Shown piece by piece: positions 1 to 12,379 of a DNA stretch of 64,000 nt. The stretch is taken from assembly GCF_030028105.1 (NCBI RefSeq), contig NC_092371.1, forward strand, positions 13,971,884 to 14,035,883, read 5' to 3'. The notes below the pieces were generated by a model. The model was not told the origin of the DNA. It did no database searches and worked only from the letters and a program-made list of their open reading frames with translations. Position 1 is the first letter of the stretch; each line of letters opens with the position of its first letter. The stretch is from Mobula birostris (taxonomy: Eukaryota). The position numbers were made by a program, and so were the translations under genes.

Positions 1-2850
1 GAAAAAGATACCGTTTGCCTACTCTGTCTATGCCTCTCATAATCTTATAAATCTGTATCAAATCTCCCCTCAGCCTCCTTCTGTCCAGATAAAACAATCC
101 AAGTTTGTAGAACCTTTTTTATAGCACACGCCCCAAATTCCAGGCAGCAGCCTGGTCAACCTCTTCTGCACCTTCTGCAAAGCCTCGACTTCCTTCCTGT
201 AACGGGGCAGACAGAAATGCATGCAACACCGCAGATGCGGCCTAACTAGAGTTTTATAAACAACGTCCTTAAAACGTCCTTTTCCTCCTCTCCAGTGTTA
301 CTATTTCTGGTTTAATGGCTTGGCTCCAGAAATTAAGGGGCATTTTATGAGAAAAGATGAAGCAGTTTGGGCCAATGGTTTCTGAAACATAAAATGAGAA
401 ACATGAGCAGGAGTGGGCTATCTGACCCTTCGAGCCTGCCCCACCATTCAATAAGATCGTGTCTGACCTGGACATGGACTCAGCTCCCATAACCCCTAAT
501 TCCCCTGGTAGGCATAACTCTATCCAACGGTGTCTTAAGTATATCTACTAAGGCAGCCTCTATTGCTTCTGTGGCCACGAATTTATACAGATTCACTACA
601 CTCTGGGAAAAGCAGTTTCTGATCTCCATTCGAAATGTATTGTTCGAACATAGAAACATAGAAAACTTACAGCACAACACAGGCCCTTCGGTCCACAAAG
701 CTGTGCCGAACATGTCCTTACCTTAGAAATTACCTAAGGTTAGCCATAACCCTCTATTTTTCTAAGCTCCATGTACTTATCCAAGAGTCTCTTAAAAGAC
801 CCTATCGTATCCACCTCCACTACCGTCGCTGGCAGCGTATTCCACCCACTCACCACCCTCTGTGTAAAAAACTTATGCCTGACATCTCCTCTGTACCTAC
901 TTCCAAGTACCTTAAAACTGTGCCCTCTCGTTCTAGCCATTTCAGTCCAGGGAAAAAGCCTCTGACTATCCACACGATCAATGCCTCTCATCATCTTATA
1001 CAATTTTTTGAGGCTATGTCTCCTAGTTCTAGTTTCATCTGCCTGTGGAAACATTTTTTTCTTCCTCTATCTTGTCTATCTCTTTCATAAGCTTACATGT
1101 TTCGATAAGATCCCCTTCATTCTGAATTCCCGTGAGTATAGTCCCAAGTGAACCATTCACTCCTCATAGGATGGATTCCTTATCTCTGGAATCAACCTGG
1201 TGAACCTCCACATCACCGTCTCCAAAGCCAGAATATCTTTTTTCAAGTTGAGATACCAGAATTGCAGGTGGTACTCCAAGCGCAGCCTCACCAGTACCCT
1301 ATACAGTCACATCATAACCTCCCTGGTCTTAAATTCATTCCCTCTGGCAACGAAAGCCAACATTCCATTTGCCTTCTTGATAGCCTGCGGCCTCTGCAAA
1401 CTGGCCATTTGTGATTCATGCACAAGCATTCCTATGTTCGACACAGCTTTGTGGGCCGAAGGGCCTGTATTATGCTGTTTTCCTCTGTAAAGCAGCACGT
1501 TGCGACCTTTCAACATTTACATATATATAATTTGATCTATTTTTCCTTTCAAGTGGATGACCAACATTGTACTCCGTCTGCCAGAACCTCGTCCACTCAC
1601 TTAATCTATCTACATCACTCGTCAGACTCTGCAGTTTAGACCCGTAGACGGTGTTAGGCAGGAGAAGCACTAACCACACGGCCACAGAGCAAACGGAACC
1701 TTAAGAGTCCGGAAGTCACATACAGCTCTCGAAAACTTCGGTTAAGCCACACTTGGAAAATTGTGGGCAGTTCTAATCGCTCCATTACAGGAAGGATGTG
1801 GGGGATTAGGACTGGGTGTTGAGGATGTTTACCAGGATCCTGTTTGGATTGGAGGTATACATAAGAACATAAGAACATAGGAGCAGGAGTAGGCCATGCG
1901 GCCCATCGAGCCTGCCCCACCATTCAATAAGATCATGTCTGATCTGTCCGTAAACTCAGCTCGATCTACCTGCCTTTTCCCCATAACCCTTAATTCCCCT
2001 ATAAAGTAAAAATCTAATTGTATCTGAAATATATTCAGTGAAGAAGCTTCAACTGCTTCCCTGGGGAGAGAATTCCACAGATTTACCACTCTCTGGGTAG
2101 AACAGTTTCTCCTCATCTCCGTCCTAAATCTTCTCCCCTGAATCTTGAGACTATGTCCCCTAGTTCTAGTCTCACCTACTGATGGAAACAATTTTCCTAC
2201 TTCTATCATATCTATACCTTTCAAAATTTTGTATGTTTCTGTAAGATCCCCTCTCATTCTTCTGAATTCCAGAGAGTATATATAGTACCAGGCGACTCAA
2301 TCTCTCCTTAACCCCTTCATCTCTGGAATCAACCTGGTGAGCCTCCTCTGCACTGCCTCCAAAGCCAATATATCCTTCCTCAAGTATGAAGACCAGAACT
2401 GCACGCAGTACTCCAGGTGCGGCCTCACCAGTACCCTGTATAATCAGAGACTGTTTTCCCTGAAGCGTCTGAGGCTTGATGGGATACAGGGTACTTGATA
2501 GAAGTTTATAATATTACGAGTAGCATAGACAGTCAGATCTTTTATTTTCATGGTATAATTGTCGAATACGGGAGGGCATAAGTTTAAGGTGAGAGTGGAA
2601 GAGTTTAAAGGAGATGTACGGACAAGTACTTTTAAAGAGAGTGGTGGGACAGGCGGCCGGGGCTGCTGGTGGAGACAGATGCTATAGTGGTGATTAAGAG
2701 TTTGATGGATAGACAGATGAATGTGAAGATAATTGAGGGAATTGGAAAGAAGGAGGAGCTATGAGCTCCTGCCTCAAGGGACGTAGTTTAAAATGGCTTC
2801 ATGTTTGCCACGGTGATATGGTGGGCCAAAAGGCTGTGCTATTTTAAGTT
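1..2850. mobile_element. Cluster of nested CR1 3' ends (mostly minus strand)
   Basis: Repeated TRGHS(F/L)K...FFTQRVV.LWNSLP translations and (AACATAG)n-type tails at ~645-665 and ~1860-1880. Confidence 0.8.
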
Positions 2851-3944
2851 TTAAGAAATCTATGTTCTATCATTTATGTCCTATGCCCTGCATCCTATAT
2901 TCTACGTTCTACGTTCTGTGTCGCTGTTATACGTCTATGTTCTATATTTTGTGTTGTCTATTCGAAAACCTCGAAAAGAGATGGGGAGAAGCCATCAGAG
3001 CCGCTCTCTTGCCTCCTTGAAAGGATGACAGGGGCTGATTCAGCAGCAACTCTCAATGCGTAACAGCAGCTACTGTAGCACTGTGGAGGAGCGAGAAGGC
3101 GCAGGAGGGGTGAAGGGGTTAACCAGTTTTCTCCCCCGCAAGATTTGCTCCCGTTTTGTGAAAGAATGAACAGCTTGCGTGCCCAAGTAAAGATTAGCGG
3201 CTGGGTTGATCTGGCATATCTTGTCTCTGGGGTCAGAGAGCACAAAGAGGGAGGAGACCGAGGCCAACCCCCCCTCCCCTGCCCCTATACCGTTTACTCT
3301 GCATCGCTTCCTGCCCAGCAACAGACACTGACACACTTCCTCCAGTCATTATTAAAAGCTACATTCGTCCCCTCGAGTCGAGCCGCGATGGGGATTTGCA
3401 TGTTCTCTCGATCTGGCTGCTCTCTCCCTCCCCCCGGCACTGCCACGTGGCCCCAAGAAAGAACAAAAATACCGTCATCTCGAAACTGCTTTACATACGG
3501 GGCGCTGGGGGAATTCCGCAAACCGCGCGGCTCAGCTAAACAGAGGAGGGCCACTGCATTTTGAGAGTGACCGGGTGGTTTCAGATATTGGAATTGATCA
3601 GAGGGCCCCGAGACAAGGAGTTAGTGCAGAGGGGTAACTGAGGGTCAGCATGGGCAGAGTGGACGGAAGGGTATGGTTTTGTACTGAGTTATTCTACAAC
3701 CAGCACTCAGGCATTCTTCATCTGTACGATTACACACACTAAATCTGTCCAGTCGCACCTAATATCTAATACTCTTCAATCTAGGCAACATCCTTGTGTA
3801 ATACTTCACTATCTTGCTCACTACTTCACAAATTACTCTTTACGTGACTATTTTACTGTCTACATTATCATTTTGTTCCTATCTCACTATCTTGCCCTCT
3901 TATTTCACTATTTTCTCTTACCTCACTATGTTGCTCCCTACCTT

Positions 3945-4505
3945 ACTATAGAACATAGAATATAGAATAGTACAGCACAGTACAGGCCCTTCGGCCCACA
4001 ATGTTGTGCAGACCCTCAAACCCTGCCTCCCATATAACCCCCACCTTAAATTCCTCCATATACCTGTCTAGTAGTCTCTTAAACTTCACTAGTGTATCTG
4101 CCTCCACCACTGACTCAGACAGTGCATTCCACGCACCAACCACTCTCTGAGTAGCAAATTTTCCTCTAATATTCCCCTTGAGCTTCCCACCGCTTACCTT
4201 AAAGCCATGTCCTCTTGATTAGAGCAGTGGTGCCCTATGGAAGAGGCGCTGGCTGTCCACTCTATCTATTCCTCTTAATATCTTCTACACCTCTATCATG
4301 TCTCCTCTCATCCTCCTTCTCTCCAAGGAGTAAAGCCCTAGCTCCCTTAATCTCTGATCATAATGCATACTTTCTAAACCAGGCAGCATCCTGGTAAATC
4401 TCCTCTGTACCCTTTCCATGCTTCCACATCCTTCCTATAGTGAGGTGACCAGAACTGAACACAAGTACTCCAAGTGTGGCCTAACCAGAGTTTTATCGAG
4501 CTGCA
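3945..4505 (-). mobile_element. CR1 3' end inserted into a degenerate ~20-bp pyrimidine-rich repeat (3780-4640)
   Basis: VVGAWNALSESVVEADTL...LLDRYMEE ORF; flanking ctcactat(c/g)ttgctccc units on both sides. Confidence 0.75.
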
Positions 4506-5099
4506 CTATGTTGCTCCTTACCTCACTATCTTGCCCCCTACCTCACAAATTTGCTCCCTACCAAACTTTGCTTTCATAACTCATTACTTTGCACCCTACC
4601 TCACTAACTTTCCCTCTTACTTCACTATTTTTCTCTCGTTGCACTTATTTATTTTTTATACTTCTCATTGTAACGTAGTAATTTAATGTTATTTATTGCA
4701 CTGTACTGCTGCTACAGAAAACTTTCACAGCATCTGTCAGTGATAATAAGCCAGATTCTGATTCTGATGAACCTCTCCTGCACCCTCTGCAAATCCTCCA
4801 CATCCTTCTTGTAGTGGGACGACCAGAAACGCACACAATGTGGCCTACGTAAAGGTTTATACAGCTTCAATGCGACTTTCCAACTTTTATACTCCACCGT
4901 TCTCCTATCAATGAAGGCAAGCAACCCCTATTCCTTCTTTGCCACCTGATGCCCTTGTGTTGGAACTTACATCGCAAGGTCCCTCTGTACATCTGTGCTC
5001 CTCAGGCTCCCGGCATTCACTGTACGATTCCCGCTTGCATTTGATCCCACATGTGTCCAGAGTAAACCCCATTTGCCATTTCTCAGCCCAGGTTTCTAC

Positions 5100-6910
5100 C
5101 TGTAGGCAGGTAGGAAAAAAATGAAATGCAAGATTGGAGAAAAAATCAGGAGGGCTAAAAGAGAGCAGGATGATTCATGAGCAGACAAGGTGAAGGAGAA
5201 TCCCATGGGATTCTACAGATATATTAAGAGCGAAGGATTGCAAGGGACACAATTGATCTTCTGGAAGATCAGAATGATAATTGATAAACCAAGCGTGAAT
5301 TCAGAAGAGATGGGGGAATCTTAATTATTTTTTGTGCATCCATATCTACTTAGGAGATGGACACATAGTCTATAGAAGCGAGGCAAAGCAGCATCAACTT
5401 CATGGCCCTGTGAGACCACAGAGGAGGAGGTGTTTGCAGTCCTGAGGCAAACTACGGTGGATAACTCCTTAGGGCCTGACAAGATGATCCCTCCGATTCT
5501 GCAGGATGCAAGTGCAAGGTATTGTCGTGACCCTGACAGAGATATTTAACTCATCATTAAGGATAGGTGAGGTGAAGTACCAGAGCATTGGAGGGTAGCC
5601 AATGTCGTTCTACTGTTTAAGAAAGGCTCTAAAATAAACTTGGAAATTATAGGCCGGTGGATCTGGCATCACCAGTGGGAAAGTTATTTGAAGGTGTTCT
5701 AAGTGCCCAGATATATATGTATTTGGGAAGACATGGACGGAAACTCAGCATGACTTTGTGCGTGGTAGATCATGTCTAACCAATCTCATAGAGGCTTTCG
5801 AGGAAGTTACCCGGAAAGTGGATGAAGGCAAGACAGTGGATGTTGTCTACATGAACCTCAGCAAGGAATTTGACAGGGCTCCACCTGGGAGATTGGTCAA
5901 GGAGGTTCAGTCACTCGACATTCAATCTGAGATAGTAAATTGGATTAGATACTGGCCCTTTGGGAGAAGCCAGAGAGTGGTCATAGATGGTCGCCTCTCT
6001 TACTGGAGGCATGTGACTAGTAGAGTGACGCAGGGGTCAGTGCTGGTTCCGTTGTCGTTTGTCATCTATATCAACGATCTGGATGATAACGTGGTTTACT
6101 GGATTAGCAAATTTGCGGATGGCACCAAGATTGAGGGTGCGGTGAACAGTGAGAAAGGTTATCCTGGCTTGCAGCGGGATCTGAACCAACTTGAAAAACG
6201 GGCTGAAAAATGGCAAATGGAATTTAATGCAGACAAGCAGGAGGTGTTGTACTTCGGTAGGACCAACCAGGGTAGGTCTTACACGGTGAGAGGCAGGGCA
6301 TTGAGGAGTGCGGTAGAATAAACGGATCTGGGAATACTGGTCAATATTTCATTGAAACTGGCGTTACGGGTAAATAGGGTCGTAAAGAAAGCTTTTGACA
6401 CATTCACATTCGTAAATCAAAGTATTGAGCACAGGAGATGCGATGTTATTTTGAAGTTGTGCGAGCCATTGGTGAGGCCTAATTCAGAGTGTTGTCTGTA
6501 GTTTTGGTTACCTACCTATAGGAAAGATGTAAATAAGGTTGAACGAATACAGAGGAAATTTACAAGAATTTCTACTGGCTCCGGAAGACCTGAATTATAA
6601 GGAGAGAGTGAATAGGTTAGGACTTTATTCCTTAGGACGTAGAAGATTAAGAGGAGATTTGATACAGGTATACAAAATTATGAGGGGTATAGATAGGGTA
6701 ATGGGAACAAGAGGGCAACTTTTTCACTCAGAGGGTCGCGAGAGTGCGGAATGTGCTGCCAACATAAGTGGTGGATGCGACCTTGATTTCAACATTTAAG
6801 AGAAGTCTGGATAAGTACGCCGATTCTAGGGGTATGGAAGGCAATGGTGCCGGTACAGGTCGGTGGGAGTAGGCAGCCTAAATGGTTTGGCACGGATTAG
6901 ATGGTACTTT
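5100..6910 (+). mobile_element. Degraded CR1 LINE ORF2 RT and 3' end
   Basis: GRSCLTNLIE, DVVYM, VTQGSVL, KFADGTK, QLEKRAEKWQMEFN at 5758-6321. Confidence 0.85.
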
Positions 6911-7559
6911 TCTATGGCGTTATGACTCCATGTATCCTTTGACAACCATTCTCGCTCTCCACAACACCACTAATCTTTACACCATCTGCAAATTTGCTAA
7001 TCTGACAATTACATTTTCATGCCAGACATCACATACGACAGAGGTGAGTTGTTGACATGCTTTGTGGCGCCGGAAGCGCAGCGACACTTGCAGGTTGCCC
7101 AGCAGAATCCTCACTGATTAGATTTGAGGCACTCTACGCTTTGTACATGTGATAAATATAATCAATCTTTTTCTTTAGTTTCCAGGACTGATCACTGCGG
7201 AGCCTCACTGGTCACCGACCTCCAGTCAGAATTATATCCCTCCACCACTACCCTGTCTTTGATTGTCAAGTCAGTTTACTATATCATCGTGGATCTTAAG
7301 AGACTAAGTCTGCTGTGTCTGAAAAAGATTATGTTTAAGTGTCAAGGGGAGAAGGAGGGATAATGGAGTTGAGAGGGAAAATGAATCAGTTATGATGGAA
7401 TGGCGGAGCAGATTGATGGTCTAATTCTGCTTTTATGGTTTGATTCTGATGTGAAGGGAATGCACTGGTGAGGAGGTTAGAGGTGAAATCTAGTGGGAAA
7501 AGTGAAGATACCCTGATTCAGCACAAAGTTCTTGTTGTCCTGGAAGCAACCGAGGATGG

Positions 7560-10060
7560 CCACTCACCCACTTGATCATGCAGTTACCTTGCATTGGGAT
7601 GGGAATAGGACAAAGTTCAAAGTAAATGTATTATCAAAGTATATGTTACCATCTATTACCTTGAGATACAATTTATTGCAGCATTTACAGAGAAAAAGAA
7701 GCACAATTGAGTTTGCAAACAGAAAAGTACACAAACAGACAAAGACTGACAAACAACTAGAGTGTGAAAGAAGACAAATTGTGCAAATAATACAAATACT
7801 GAGATCATGACTTGTAGGGAGTCCTTGCAAGTGAGCCTGCGAAGGATGTAGAATCAGTTCAGAGAAGCGGTGATTGGATAAGCCACACCGGGTTTGCAAC
7901 CTGATGGTCGAACAGTAACAACTGTTCCTAAACCTGGTGATGTGGGACTGTCTGATGGTTGTATCGTCTCGATAATAAGGGGCTTTGATGATGGATGCTG
8001 CTTTCTTGTGGAAGCACTCCTTGTAAATGGTGGGAAGGGCTTTTCCTGTGATAGACTGGGCAGTATCCACACCTTTCTGTCGACTTTTCTAATTCCTGGA
8101 CGTTGGTATCACCCATCAAGGCAGTGCTGCATTAATCTGTTGATTCAGTGGTCTAAGAGCTCGATGCACGGAAGTGATCTGTATGGATGACATGCAAAAC
8201 AAAGTTTTCACTGCACTACGGAACATGTGGCAAATGTGAAACCACTTTAAACCTGTCAGCTCGCAGCCTGCAGGAGTTGTGGAATGCTTGCAACCGTTTG
8301 GCTTGCTGGAAACCCCGCCCACCCCCTCTGTCATTGACTGCCGTGACGAATCCTTCGGTTTCAATGGCTGGCGTCACCCCTCCCCCCCTGTTGTAACATG
8401 GATTAGGGGAACAATGTCACAGTTCCCTCTCGGGTCAACATGACCATACCCGAGGCCATGGTTTCTGAGGCGGCCACGATGGCATGGCTACGTCATTCTT
8501 ATTCCCCAGACCACACACACTTCATTTACATCACGGAAACCAGCCTCACCTCTGTGGACTCTGTCTACACTTTTCACTGGCTCAAAAAAGCAAGCAGCAC
8601 AGTCAACGACCCAACCCACCCCGGAATTCTCCCATCCCTTCTCTCATCGGGCAGAAGATACAAAAGCACATACCTTCAGTCTCAATGACAGTTTCTAACC
8701 CACTAATATAAGATGGTTCCCGACTACGATAAGATGGTCTCTTCACCGCTCAGTCCATCTCGTTTTATCTTGCACTTAGTTGTTTAACTGCATTGCAATT
8801 TCTCTGTAACAGTAACACATTATTCCTCACTGTTAATCGTTTTACCCTGTTCTACCTCAATGTACTGGACATTGAATTGATCTGTACGAACAGTATGCAA
8901 GAAAAGCTCTTCCGGATACCTCGATGCCTATGATAACAATAAACTAATATCAATTGCAATTCCAAACCCCGTCACAGGGAGGCAGTGGAGGCATTTAAAA
9001 AGCGCAATCAGAACCGGAATCACTGATATTCGTCATGAAATACAGAATGTTGTGTTGCGCCCATACACTGCAAGGCATAAAAATACAACAAGTTGCAGTA
9101 AGAACATGCTTCTTCATAAGCTATCATGAAGGGGACCAGGAGGGCAATACTTAGTTGTTAGTAGGTAGGGTGAATACCTGAATTTCAAGAGCACTTGTGA
9201 GTTATGTTCCGGCTGGACTTTGTCTTTAAACTGCTGGAGAACAGTGCGGAAAGAACAGGTGCTGTTTTCTCCCGGTAGGGGCTAGTTTTTAGTTCCAAGT
9301 GCTCCTGCCACGTTTTGTCACCCTGCAACCTGATCCTTCAATCTCTTTGAATTATGGAGGGCAGCAGGTGTATAAATGTCCCTCCCCAGCAGACATCATC
9401 ATGATCATCATGACGCCAGCATTTCTACTATTTTAAAAATGTTTTTTAATTGTACATATGATTTTTTTTTCTGTGTTCTATCGCTGAGCAGCAGTGAACC
9501 ATCTGATCGGCCTATCAGAGTCCTCTTTGGGAACTAGTTGACTTGATCAGCATTTCTGATCTGGCTATTGTTCACGATTGCACTTAATGATAAAGAAAAG
9601 AAATATATAAAGAATAAATAAATCGTTCAAAAAGAGAGCAAGGTAGGAAGGCAGTACTCACGAGGCCCGTTCAGAAATCTGATGGCGGAGGGGAAGAAGT
9701 TGTTCCTAAAACATTGAGAATGTCTCCTTCAGGGTCCTGTACTTCCTACATGATGGTAATAATGATAGGAGGGCATGTCCTGGATGGTAAGGGTATTTTA
9801 TGACGGATGGTGGCCTCTTGAGACACCGCCTTTTGATGGTGGGGAGACTAGTGCCCGTGATGGAGTTGACTGAGACGGTAACCATCTGCACTTTATCGAT
9901 CCTGTGCATTGGAGCCTCCATACCAATCAGTCAATATGATCTCCACAGGACATGGGTCTTTGGCGACATACCAAATCTCTTCAAACTCCTAATGAAATAT
10001 AGCCAGTGTCGCGGATTCTTCGTGACTGCTGCAATGCGTTTGGGCCCAGGATAGATTTTC
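7560..10060. mobile_element. Rex1/Babar-like LINE 3' fragments (approx. 7560-8170 minus, 8440-8950 plus, 9590-10060 minus)
   Basis: Translations such as KAASIIK, DPTHPG...LLSSGRRYKS and YHPGHALLSLLPS resemble the Rex1/Babar ORF C-terminus. Confidence 0.65.
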
Positions 10061-11079
10061 AGAGATAGGCTCGTACTTTGACTCCACGAAGGCTCGAGCG
10101 CATGACCTTTCTAAGCGGTGAAGCAGTATTTGGGATGACACGGTGAACGTGGAAGGACTAGGAGCCAATAGAGGCCTCGTGCGAATGGCAAACCCACGTC
10201 ACTAAAACCCACACAACCCTCCAGTCAACCGCGTCCTGCCCGTTCCGTGGAAGAGTCTGCAGTTTCCTCAATGGGCTCCTATGCACCTCAGATCCCACAG
10301 CACCAGAATGGAGGCAACGCACCGTCGATGCCGAGGGACTGTCAGAGAAGCATTCTTAAAGGTCACACTCCTGGTGGAGGCGCTTACCCGAAACTCCATT
10401 TCAATACTTCAGTCCCCCCACCCTTAGTCAGGCCTTATGTTGGTTGTTGTCTGTAAAGGGCAAAGGTCTAGACCCAGGCATTTCATTGTTGCACCCAGCT
10501 CAGCTGAAGCTGGTGGGCACCTTGAGCTAGGTTGGCACCCTTGTCACCGTGAACCTTGAACAGCTCATGGTCATCCGACGACCTTCCTTCCGCTGGAGGC
10601 CGCCCTAATCGCCGGGTGATACTGGGGCTGCAATGGTGGGTCTTCTCCCACCGCCATATGTGCGCTGCAGGCAGAGGTCCGTTTCCATTGCCAATTGATT
10701 GACAGAAAGGACAATGAAGTTAATAAGGGGTGTAAAGAGATTGTGCAGTAGGGGAATAAAGAGTTGACGTTTTAGGAACAGATTCTTCCTCTCTGCCATT
10801 ACATTTCTGAAAGTTCCATAACTCATTACCTCAGTATTTTGCTCCCATTTTGCACGATATATTTATTAATGATTCATTTTTTTTATTGTAAGCTATAACA
10901 TTTTTATGTATTGCACCGTCCTCCTACGACTAAACAACATATTTCACGCCATAGGTGAATGGCAAGAAACCTGATTCTGGTCCTAATGTTTCGAGCAGAT
11001 ATCCTTCATCAGGACTGGAAAAGAAGGAGGGAGGAAGCCAGAATAGAAGGTGGGTGAGGAGATACAGATAGTGTGGACG

Positions 11080-11662
11080 TGGTGAAGATGTTTCCTATAG
11101 TGGGATGGTCTAAGACCAGAGGGCACAGTCTCAGAGTAGAAGGACCTTCCTTCAGAACAGGGATAAGAATGAATTCTTTAGCTAGAGGATGTTGAATCTG
11201 TGGAATTCATTGCCACAGATGACCGTGGAGGCCAAGTCATTGGGTATATTTAAAGTGGAGTTTGATAGATTCTTGATTAGTAAGGGCGTCAAAGATTATG
11301 GTGAGAAGGAAGGAGAATGAGGTTGAGAGGAGCAATAAATTAGCCATGATCGAGTGGCAGAGTAGGCTTGGTAAGCCGGATGGTCTTATTCTGCTCCTTA
11401 TCCTTGGGGTCTTATGGTAATTAAAATATGTGTAATATTATATGAACAATAAATTAGCCATGATTGAGTAGCAGAGTAGCCTTGGTAAGCCGAATGGTCT
11501 TATTCTGCTCCTTATCCTTGGGGTCTTATGGTAATTAAAATATGTGTAATATTATATGAACAATAAATTAGCCATGATTGAGTGGCAGAGTAGGCTTGGT
11601 AAGCCGAATGGTCTTATTCTGCTCCTTATCCTTGGGGTCTTATGGTGATTAAAAATATGTGT
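11080..11662 (+). mobile_element. CR1 3' end with a triplicated 114-bp tail (11333-11662)
   Basis: Unit starts at 11334, 11448 and 11562 (aataaattagccatga...). Confidence 0.8.
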
Positions 11663-12379
11663 ATATGTATACTATGTATTACACTGTACTGCTGCCGCAA
11701 AACAAACTGTGGACTCACTTTCAAGGACTCTTTACATCCCATATTATTTTTTGTTTGCACGACTTGCCTTCTTTTGCAATTTGTTTTGCGCGAGTACTTG
11801 TCTATGAATTTGCAGCTATTCGTAAAATTCTATTGCATTTCTTTTTACCTAAAAATGTCTACAAGAAAATCAGTTTCTGGGTAATATATGGCAATATATA
11901 AGTACTTAGATAATTAGTTTTCTTTGACCTTATGAACTGTGAAAGAGCCTCATTCAGGAAGACACTAGTCAGTATGGACAAGTTAGGTCGAAGGGCCTGT
12001 TATAATTATGACTCGTTGTGAGGTCAGTGTAGGAGGCTGATTAATCTTGAGGCTCAGAGATGCAGATGGAGGCTTTTCCGTCCATCGTGTGCATAGAGTA
12101 CTATGATAGAGCACGACAGCACAGAAAGACCTTTTGGTCAATCTAGTCCTTCTGGAGCTTTTATTCTGGTTAGTCCCATTGACCCACTGCCGGACTATAT
12201 CCCTCCATAACCCTCTCATCCATGTACTTATCCAAATTTCCCTTAACTGTTGCAGTCGAACCGCATCTACCACTTCGCTGGCAGCATGTTCCACAATCGC
12301 ACCAATTTTAGAGAGAAGTTCCCCTCAGATTAATCTTAGTAAGTCACCTTTAACTAAAAGAGGATACCAAATGTTTCTT

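Noticed and set aside
10532-10552. J-segment-like peptide GTLVTV on the plus strand
   Set aside because: Preceded by an in-frame stop, with no FGxG/WGxG, no RSS and no donor at the expected position.
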